This document shows positions 42,653 through 53,300 of a stretch of 64,000 nucleotides of DNA, one piece after another. Source of the stretch: Hormiphora californensis. Its lineage: Eukaryota; Animalia; Ctenophora. The stretch is taken from positions 5,890,001 to 5,954,000 of the forward strand of contig CM035351.1 in assembly GCA_020137815.1 (NCBI GenBank). The letters are read 5' to 3'. The stretch's first letter is position 1, and each line of letters opens with the position of its first letter. The notes beneath the pieces were generated by a model. The model did not search any database. It had not been told where the DNA came from and saw only the letters and a list, made by a program, of their open reading frames with translations. A program made the translations under genes and the position numbers.

Positions 42653-42806
42653 GAATCGATAGCCCTAACCGATAACCCCAAACCAAACCCTAACCAGACC
42701 CTAACGGATAGCCCTAACCCGTCGCGCGCGCCAAAACTACGAATTGTTAGCAATGAAAGGCACCCAGATTTTAATTTTTTTTTTTCTTGAAAATTCACCC
42801 AGATTT

Positions 42807-43303
42807 TAAAGTCCGATTTTTAATAATGTGAACGGGGGGCGCGCAAAAACTTTCCCACGCACCGTGGGAAAGTTTTTCTTCGTTTGTTTCGATCATATCT
42901 CTGGCTCCTGATAAGATAAAGACTTGATCTTAGTTGCGTTGGAAAGAGAAAAACTGTAAAGTCGGATTTTTTGAAACTGTCACCCCCCTGAAATAACAAA
43001 TTTGTCATATCTCCGGTTCCTGATAAGATAGAGACTTGAAATTTGGAGGTTCGGAAGAACTTAGCAAGATCTTTTATAACCTCTAAATTTCAAGTCTCTA
43101 TCTCATCAGAAACCGGACTTATGGTCATTTAAAGAAATTTGAAAACTCAGGGGGGTGACAGTTTCAAAAAATCCGACTTTATCTTTCCAATGCGACCAAT
43201 GAAAAGTCTCTATCTTATCAGGAACAGAATTTAGCACGCGCAAATGGAATTATGTTATTATTAATGCGCGCCCCCCGTTCACATTATTAAAAATCGGACT
43301 TTA
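42807..43303. mobile_element. TA-bounded MITE containing a nested related MITE (42957-43181)
   Basis: Outer TIR taaagtccgatttttaataatgtgaacggggggcgcgca / tgcgcgccccccgttcacattattaaaaatcggacttta; inner element matches 1032-1257. Confidence 0.85.
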
Positions 43304-44696
43304 ACGTTTTCCGAAACGAAATCTGAAAATTTAAAAAAGGTGACCAGTTTTTTGGGGGATTTTCTAGCATAAAATGCATCGTAAACGTACAGAATGTCCG
43401 CGCGTCTTCAAAAGTGTTGTAACGCGCCAATATTTTGTATTGTTCGTTGCGTCAGGTCGCAGAAAAAAAATCGGGTCGGATAAAATTTTTGGTGACCTCA
43501 AAAGTTTTTTTAGAAAAGTTGAAAAACACGTTGTTGAAAGGAGTAGCTTTATCCCGTGCGGGCCAGCAGTGTTTGCCAAACCACGTTGGGCCCTTGTGGC
43601 GTTTCAGGCCCCCTACCCGTGGCGGCTGCCCCTCGTCCTGGACGCACAGGGAGATGCTGGGTCGGCCCGGCCGGAGACCCTGCTCCGTCGCTAGAAAACC
43701 TTGCTAGGCCCTAGGGTTCCCTTGTTTGAGTCCTCATGCGGCAGAGAGATACAGCGTATGTAAACTCGTTCCAGCTGCCTGTCGATCCAATTCCACATCG
43801 GACAGCCATTTTGAGTCTCTACCCTAATTCCTAAAGTGAGGAATAGTAACCCAGAGGGAAAGGGATCCTATCAAGTATCAACTTATGTCTTATTTCAAAC
43901 GGCCTTTCACGGGAATCTGTTCAGAATACTTCTAGCTGGACAGATTTGTAGATCAGTTGACAGTTTTCAGGGAAGCTCTGCGATGACAACTTCGTAGCCC
44001 GTAGCATTTAGACTACAAAAATACCAACTAGCAAGTACCCTATTACTGTGCCAAGTACTTTCTGACTTCTGTTGTCTGCTGAAGAAGTGGAGAAGTGGAG
44101 TGTATAGGTGACTCTAACAAAGTTGTTACTTGGCCCCGCTTGACCGATTAAAACTCAGAACGCGTGAAGATCAAATGCGTTGTTGTCATGGGTTGTTCGG
44201 GAGAAGTTGGATTCTAGTACCAACTGTTCGAGTCACTAACAGGAGGTAGAGCTTATCTCGAGGTCTCTCTAGAGGTTCTAAGGTCGGGCGATTCAAGATA
44301 CCACAGATACCACTGGCACATTTCTGTATATTGCAGTTCGTACTGTATCCGCGATCCCCACGTTTTTTGCTTCTCACGTTAAAACGGGACGAACGGTTCA
44401 AATTGTTAGTTTTTCAGCTTTTCCCTGGTATAAACATTGATTCATTGATTCAACCCCCAAGTTGATATTTCATGCCTGATGCCTTTGCTAGAACTGCTCG
44501 TTCTTTACCTGCCTCTACTACGCAATGTCATCTGAAATAGTTTAGTCGAGAGCTTCTGAATCTCTTTTGATATTTAGTAATTAGTGATGCAAAATCGTTG
44601 CATTTCTTTAACTGTTTCTTTTAATTTTTGTTACAGATATATCTAAACTCTGAACTGAATTTAATAACAGTACCCCCCGTAACCCAATGTAGGTTC

Positions 44697-47600
44697 ATGT
44701 TTCGAAGCATAGAAAAGGAACCAAGTTGGAGCGAAGACTCGTTGTTACGAGCCCAGAGCAATCAATCGAATATCTACAGTAACATAACTCCCTCCTCTTT
44801 GCATCACTCGCTCGTCGGGCGATCATCTCCCTACTCTTCCAGCATATCTAATTCATCAGGTACTGCAGTACACAGTTATATAGAGCCCCCCCCCGGGGGG
44901 GGGGGGGGGGCTAGCTGTTCTGTTTGTGTGTGTGTGTACTCAGTACTGTGTAAAAATAGAGTAAATAGGGGCTAACATATACCTAATACTAAATTTAAAA
45001 TGATGGTGAATTAATGAATACCACTGACGAAATTAATGCCAAATACAGTATGTACTTTTGAATACCACCCTATTTGGTAACTCATCACATAGGAGAATCT
45101 CAGATTCAGCCCTCCAACATCATTACCGTGCTCTAAAGAGTTGGGCATCTAGGTGTGTATAAAAACATATAATTGGTTGTGTTGTGTACTAATGAATCGT
45201 TGGCATAACCAATTAGATCCTAGAGACTGCCTGTCTGACTGAGAGATAGAGATAGAGAGAGGTATTCTCGGAGGTGGTATGAAGAAAGTTCAATGAAAAA
45301 ATGCTAAGAAAGATTGCGACGGGAGAAATGTAGTTGATCAAGAGAGCTATAATAGAAAGTGTGTACAGTGTACACGCGAAGTTATAATATGAATTGCAGC
45401 ACTTACGATGTGGCCGACGATAGCGTCCTTCTTGGAGTTGCTTACTGGCAATTAGTCTATAGTTTTACCAGCTGTCTCTCTCTTTGTCCGTCCTCTCTCT
45501 CTTTCCCTCCCTCTATCTATCTATCTCTATCCATCTTCCCTTCTCTATCTCTCCCTCTCTATCTCTATATCTCCCGTTTCTTCCCTTTTTCTCTCTCTCC
45601 AGTCTCCCTCTCTCTCTCTGTATCCCTACCGTCTTGATACGAAATATGGGGGGGGGGGGGTCCTAGCCTGACGCAAAAAATCTCAGCTACCCTGTTTTTG
45701 GCCGAAGAGATTTTCGGGAAAATCGAAAATCTCAAAACTCTCAGCTACCCTGAAAATCGCCAATGAGGCATGAGATTCTTGCGGCAGCCCCCCCCCCCCA
45801 AATATTAGAATAAAAGAGAATAAAACTTCACGGCCCTTCTCTGATGTCTCCGTTCCCCCTCCCCTTGCAATATAGGTACATATCTGTTTTGTTCTCTTCC
45901 CCACATGATGCTAGGTTGGTCAACATAGAATTGTTTGCTCCACGTTCATACATATATTTTGATTTCTGTACGTGCACACAATTTGTTCGAGTTGGTAGGT
46001 CATGCATTTTATAATAAGGCTAGGGGTGCATAATGGATGAGGAAATGCAATTCGGTGGTTCGTCCGTACCGCGTGTGTTTTTTAGGAACCGGCGATATTA
46101 TCGAATCGAAAAATCGGATCGAATAGAATCAAAGTTTTTGATCGCTCAAAGATCGAATCGAAAGTTTTTGATTGCTCAAAGATCGAGATCAAATCGAGAG
46201 AAAAAATTATCGCCGGTTCCTAGTTTTTTGTCCTCTCTTCTTTCTGCATCCCAGAGTCCCGCCTCCCTTCTCCATTCATATCTTTATCTAACCCCCCTAT
46301 CCCCTTCCTCCAGGTTTAACGAGTAACAGCTCGTTAGCATCGTTAGGACAGACGCGGCCCTCACAACTGTACGGCAACTCAAATGGATCTTCAACAAATT
46401 CACAGTTATCGTCGGTAGCACGAATGAACCAGTTCGCCAGCGGTTTCGGCACGACAACCTCCTCCTCGATAGGTGGACAGCGGCCTCTCACAAACGGATT
46501 CCTTAATCACCAATCATCAGGACCCCAGGGAACGTCGCCATTGAGTTCGAAGTTCTCTAACGTCGGCAACACGGGATCATTGAGTTCGGGGTCATTGAGC
46601 TCGGGCTCGGTGAATTCGAATTTCATGGGATTGTTAGGGAACAGCACGTCACCGTCAAACTACCCAAGCCAACAGCAACAACAACAAGCGCAACAGCAAC
46701 AACAAGCGCAACAGCAGCAACAGCAACAACAACAAAGTTCAATATTTGGGAATGGAACATCCAGCTCCCATATTTTTGGATCATCCCTCAATAACGGTGG
46801 AGTGCCAGGTGGAAATGGTGGTCATGTGCCCTTCACGAATTACCCCAGTTCCTACACGCTCGATGGCAACACGGATAGTTTGGATTTGTCTGAGTTTCCC
46901 TCCCTGCAAGCACCCACGAAGCAGCTGAGTGCCCTGCGGTTGGACGGCGGCCACTTTTCCCTGAACAGCATGGCTGGCATGTTTCCAAAAGGCAACAAAA
47001 CCTACAGTGAGGTGAGTAACACCAACCTGGCAGGACAGAACAAACACGAGAATTCCACCGGATTCCAGATATCTCATGAGGATTTCCCGGCCTTACCGGG
47101 TGCCCCCAATAAACCGTCCAGTCAGGTGGTAAACTCCAGTGGGGAGCCTGTAACGGGCATGATGAGTCTCTCTCCAGAACACAAACCGATCTCAAAAAGC
47201 AGCAAAACAAGTATCGTGTTACCAACCTTCCCTGCATCAATGTGCAAAGATCAATTTGGTATGGCTGGCCTTCTTGCCTTTATCCGTTCTAAAGATTCCT
47301 GTCCAAACTTGATCAAGTTTGCCCTGGGAATGGATTTGTGTGACCTGGGCCTGAACCTGCAAAGCAAAGGAAACCTACACAGCACCTTTCAATCACCATG
47401 GAGCGACAGGCCGTGTGGGCTGCACCATTTGGAGCACACAGTCCCCTCTGAGTACAGGAGACTGCCAGTCAGGCTAAACGGCAGCACGGTGGATCGGATC
47501 AAGAAATACGGGGACGACCTCCTGTTTTGGCTATACTACAACAACATAGGCACCACAATCCAGTTGATGGCGATTCAGGAGCTGCAGAACAGAGGTTGGA

Positions 47601-47776
47601 TGTACTACATACCCGAGAAGATTTGGATTAGCAAAGCAGTGGGGAAAGATCCGGCAAAGGGCCCGTACAGTGTTTACTGCTGGTTTGACGTAACGAATTG
47701 GAAGAAGTCAGAACGAGAGATGAACATTGATCTTGATAAAGTGGAGTACAGTGAGCAGAGCAAGTACAGGCTATAA
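44697..47776 (+). CDS. CNOT2: CCR4-NOT subunit 2; exons 44697-44859 and 46314-47776
   Basis: LDLSEFPSL, FQISHEDFPALPG, DQFGMAGLLAFIR, LGMDLCDLGLNL, TFQSPW, DLLFWLYY NOT-box; phase-1 junction is in frame. Confidence 0.93.
46083..46222. mobile_element. Small MITE in the CNOT2 intron (TAGG ends, hAT-like)
   Basis: TIR taggaaccggcgata / tatcgccggttccta; internal atcgaa repeats; TSD imperfect. Confidence 0.65.
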
Positions 47777-48879
47777 CACTTTCTCTCTCTCTTGTTGTTC
47801 CTATCTCTCTCTCTTTTGTGAGAAAAAGCTACCCTTCCACTTTGTATTGAAATTGTACAGAAGACGCATTGGCCGCTAGTTTACTATCCCCCTTCCCCCC
47901 TTTCCTGCATCTCTATAATAACTAATCCACACAAGTTCCATATATAATTGTTGAATTTGAGTTGGTTGGTTATTAATATGGGTGTCTGATAATCCCGTCC
48001 CTCCTTTCACCAAATTTTATTTTTGGCCTGTAGGTTTTTAGTACGATATTGTTTTTAATAGCCAATTAAGATGAATGTGCGAGTAAACTCGAGTTAACTA
48101 TTTAAAACTATTTAAATTTAGCTCTTTTTTGCGATGCATTTTGGAGTAAAAAGATACACACTACCTCTATCGACCAATAATCGTCCCCATTTCGAAATGG
48201 ATCCCCCCTATTATAATTCCCTCTTGACATCCCCTTCCCCCCCTTTGGGTAGCCACGTTTTCCAAACCTCTCTCTCTCTCGATTGCCAGGGCACAAACCA
48301 CACACAATTGTTTGTTGTATAACGGATGGAGTAGTGCCCTTGTTGGTACAAGTTCCCTAATTGAAGATTTCAAAAAAAAGATCAGACCATATTAACACGG
48401 CCCGGGGCGATCCTTAAAACTTTGGGGTTGTTTCTTATTTCTTTCTCAGATTAAATTTCTAAAGGATGGCCCTTGGATTTAATTCTAGTTGTCTGTCTCT
48501 CCTTGATGTATTAAATATGTACTATGTTTGTGTGTGTATGTGTGTAGGTATCTCAGTATGAAGTCCTCTCTTAGAGGGGGTCTACAGCAGGCATCAGCTC
48601 GGCGAAGTGTAGAGGGTCGTGAATGCAGCACTTCGCGTGCGCGTCCTGCGCGGCTCAGACCCTTCCGCTGCACACAATCAAGTATTGGATCGGTGCCCAA
48701 CCCCCGGCCTTTGTACACAAAGTGTGAACAGACACGACATCTTTAAAAAAAACATAACTAAAATCACTCATTGCACAATGTGATTGTATTTACAAAAAAC
48801 ATCTCACTCAAAAAACGCAGTGTCCATATCATACAAAATCTGAATCATAGCTCTCTTAATCTTACTCCAAAAGGGAGTC

Positions 48880-50270
48880 TCAGTCTTCTGTCTGGCATAC
48901 TATTGCCAATCCCCTAGTTACCCAGTGATTGGGATTCTGCTCACTGCACAACTTGACAGCAGTAATGAAATTGGCCGAAATGCCAGATTCATTTAATTCC
49001 CCACATCGCTCTTGTGTGCGGTACACTGGACATTCGTAATCGTTGGGGTTCACTTTAGCTTCCTAAAATATTGGAGGGTTAGGGAGGAGAGACACAAAAA
49101 TAGACATTGAATGAGCCCCATTTAAAACCGTACTTTCTCAGCGAGATAGACACATGAAATGACAGACTGACCTCTGTGGGTAGGAAATGTATCTCGGGTA
49201 GGGGGGTGACTTGTTTTCCTGGTAGGGCCTCCACCAAATTGGTACCGTCCCACCGGGCACCGTCAAGTGATAGGCCGTGAACTAGGATTCCTGATACTGG
49301 TACTTCGGGGCCCTGGAAGAAGTTGTTGAGTAAGGGAATGAAGGGGAGGGGTGGGGTTCTAGGTGTGGAAGTTATAGTTGACAGTTGTGGGAAGGAGGTT
49401 TGTGATTCGTTTACTAAACGAAATCCCACAACTGTCAATAGTCAAACTGTTTAGCAAAAGTGGGTTCCCAGAAGAAGACGGCCCCCACTAACCGCGATCA
49501 CTGTCTGGTGGGTTTCTAATTCTATATTTGGAGAAAGAACCTGATAATAAACCTCTAGAAACACTCCCAGTCGTATTCTAGAAGTGCCTTCGATTTAAAT
49601 TCAGTGAGATATCAGAATGATATGTCGAGATGTGGGTTGTTGAGTAAGGGGTGGGGCCGTGGGGGGTTAAAGAGTGTTCTAGAGAATATGCCACGCAAAT
49701 GTGGGAAGTAGTACGTTTAATTGGCGAGTTACTGATTGGGAGGGGGGACTAATGACAACCCCTCGGGCATACATGTCATGTACCTAGGTGTGTACGTGTG
49801 TTTAACTTGGCTGGCTGAAGTTGTATGGTATTCAACACACTGTGTTCTAACTTGTTGAGTAACAAGTACAAATACAAGTACGTGTTATGTTCTAACCCTT
49901 CTCTATGGTGTGAGAGAGGCAAGTTCTTACCGGGAAGATCCAGTTGGATGGGGTAAGACCCGCGTGTTCGGCTGCCATTCTAGCCTCGTCCTCTGTAGCA
50001 GTGGGTAACTGGTGTACTGTCGTCTCAAAGGAGAGGGAGTTAATCGGGATGCGGTGTGCCCGGGAGTGCGTCTGTAGAATGGCCGTCAGGAGACCTGGGG
50101 ATGGAGTGGGGTGTCAGGGTGGCTATATTAAACTTTATTCTGCTTGGGAGTCGGGAGAGAGAGTGTCAGTGGGTGTTATCTCTTCCCTTCTTTATCCACT
50201 TTATCACTTGGCCTCCCTCTCCTCTTTATCACTTGGCCACAGCAACTAGGATAATTATCCACACACATAC

Positions 50271-50347
<77 letters not shown>

Positions 50348-53300
50348 CTCTCTCTCTCTCTCTCTCTCTCGGTCCACTACACGCACCACTCCCGCATGGG
50401 GCCGTAAGGTCCCATGCGTGAGCAGGGTTAAATCCCCCGAGCCCGGATCCTGTTGGATCTGAGGGCCCGGAGGGCCTGCGGAGTAAAGGTAGGTAGAACA
50501 ATGTACATAGGGGTAAGTTGAACAATGTACATATGGGTTAAAGTAAGGGAAAAACAATTAAAGGGGAGTTAAAGCTCATGGTGGCGGAGCATACGACCTC
50601 CTAAGCTATCTGGAAAGAAGCCCAACCTTCTGGAACGGAGCCTAAGAAGAGTCAACTTATCAGGAACTGAAGAAGCAAACCGTCTGAATCTAGAGAAATC
50701 TAGGGGCAAGCAGGAACGGGTATAAAGGGTTAAAAAAAATGACAAATACAGGGGGAGACAGCTCGGGAGGTATATTACATGTCGAGAACTTTCCGGAGCG
50801 TGTTCATCGAGTTAAAGAGGACTGACTTTTGAAGCTGTGAGGGGTAGATTTGGCGGGTTATAGCTGTCAGGTACTTCTCCAGTCGGGGGCTGACTCCGCC
50901 AAGAGCTCCGATCACGATAGGGATGACCGTGGCCTTTTTAAGATCCCAAATTCGTGTGAGCTCCCTCCGTAGTTCTTGGTATTTCTCGATCTTCTCCATC
51001 TCCCTGTCCGAGACTGACCTGTCCTTTGGTACAGCGACATCGATCAGAAGCGCTTCCTTCTTTAGTTTGTCTAGAAGGACCAAGTCAGGTTTACATGCCT
51101 CGATGGGGTTATCCGTCTGAATGTGGAAATCCCAGAGGATCTTGCAGTTCTCATTCTCGAGCACTTTCTCTGCATAGTGGCTCCACCACTTTGATTCGGT
51201 AGGAAATCCGTGGTCCTTGCATATTCCCCAGTGCAGGGCAGCAGCTACTCGATCGTGTCGGAGTTTGTAGTCTCCGTTGGCAAGTTTCGTGCATCCGTTT
51301 AGGATGTGTTCCACCGACTCGTTGTGTTGGTTACAGATCCGGCACTTCTCAGTCACTTCAGTCTCTTTCTGTATGGCAGCTCTCAACCAGTTCGTGCGAA
51401 TGGCTTGATCCTGGGCAGCAAAGACATCGGCTTCGGTGTATCTGCTGAGGCTCTCTTTGTTGAGCCAGGCCCAGGTCGCGTCAGGGTCGCATCCCCCTTC
51501 TTCAAGTTGCTTCAGGAATCTTCCATGTAAGACTTTGTTTTTCCATTTCTCTATAAGTTCCGTCTGTAGTCTTTCCTTCAGGGCTTCTGCGTCTTCTGGA
51601 GGTCCAGTTAGCATATCTTCAGACTGCATCGCCGTGTGGAGGGCACGGATCTTGGGGTCCGTGGAATTGGTGAAGAATGTCACGAGTCCTGTCTCTTCCT
51701 TCACAATGACATCTTCAATCCGTTGGAGACCCCTTCCTCCCAATTTCCTGCTAACATACAGCCGGTCAATGTCACTGTTGCTCTTGATGACTCCTCTTCT
51801 CAGGATCTTCCTAGTCATCATGTCTAGTCCACTGGCTTCGGAAGTGGACCAGTCCAGTATTCCGGCACCGTAACGGATCACAGGTATTGCCCATGTGTTG
51901 ATTGCTGTGATGAGGTTCTTGCCTTGCAGGCTCGCGGACAGTAGTTTCTTGACTCTTCGGGTGTATTCGGCTTTGACCTTAGCTTTCATTTCTTGATGAA
52001 GAATACGGTCAACCTCCAGGATGCCGAGGTACTTATAGCCTCCATCTTCCACCTCGGGTATTCTGTCTCCACTGGGTAGGCTTATTCCCTGCATCCGACT
52101 TCTGACTCCGTCCACAATGTCTAGAGCTCCGCACTTGGATAGACCAAAGGACATGTTGATGTCAGTGCTAAACTTCTCAGTGACTGCTAAGAGCTGCTGA
52201 AGGTCCTCTTTCGAGCTGGCATACAGCTTAAGATCGTCCATGTATAGGCGGTGGTTAATACTAATATCTGGATCTGGAGCTACTGGGTTAGATATGGTGT
52301 AGCCTCTTCCTTGGGCAGCTAGGAGCATGGACAGGGGGATCAGGCCTATAATAAAGTGAATAGGGGAGACGGAGTCTCCTTGGAAGAGGCCTCTCTTGAT
52401 GTGTATTTTACCTAAGTCTGACCCAGATTGGACGATATTGACAATACACTGCTGGAATGATGACTCGAATAGTCGGATTATCTGAGGGTTTATCCCGCAC
52501 ATCTCCATTGACTTAAGGATCCAGGAGTGGGGGATCGAGTCGTATGCCTTCTGGTAGTCTATGAAAGCCATATACAAGGAAGACTTTGAGCGTTTGCAAT
52601 GACGCAGGATAAGTTTGTCAATTGCTAGTTGTTCTTTACATCCTCGGCTCTTTTTGCGACACCCCTTCTGCTCTTCCGGAAAGAGCTTGTTTACATCGAG
52701 GTGTTGGTAGATGTCTTCTGATAATATTCCTGTATACAGCTTCCAGAGGTTCGGAAGGCAGGTTATGGGTCTAAAGTTCCCCGGGTTTGACATACCCTTC
52801 TTGGGGTCTTTAATCAGGAGGAAGGTCCTGCCTTCAGTCATCCATGCCGGGACTTGACTCGTAGTGAGACTTTCATTGAGTAGCTCAGCTATCCGACCAT
52901 GGAGGCAAGTCGTGTGTTTAATCCAGAAGGCGTGGAGACCATCTATACCTGGGGTTGACCAGTTGGTCATTCCCTTCACCCGAGCTGCAACTCTTTCCGT
53001 GGTGATCTGAAACTCTTCCTGTTGGCTGACTGTTTCAAAGTTCTCCTGGACTCCGTCTAACCATTCTGCTTCAGTGTTATGACCAGCCTCGTTTTCCCAG
53101 ATATTTTTCCAGAAGTTAAGCGTCCTGGTCTGGTCTTCTGGAGTACAATCGAGTGGCGTGGGGTCCGATCCACGTTTCTCCAGTTTCCGGTAAAAGTTTC
53201 GTTGGTTGTTCTGGAACAGGTTGTTGTCAACGAATGTCTGCTGCTTCTTCTTGTATCTCTTAATCTTTCCGGCCTTCGCTAGCAGTCTCTGCTTCACTTC

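Larger units (their letters stand above)
41284..42770. mobile_element. Small inverted-repeat-bounded element with CCCTAA-like repeats, host of the ORF1 insertion
   Basis: 14-bp IR aatctgggtgcctt (41284) / aaggcacccagatt (42757); ccctaa motifs at 42663-42720; small hairpin cctgt-tt-acagg beside the left IR. Confidence 0.5.

Noticed and set aside
42663-42720. Telomere or telomerase RNA template
   Set aside because: Degenerate interspersed CCCTAA motifs inside a small element; no pure array
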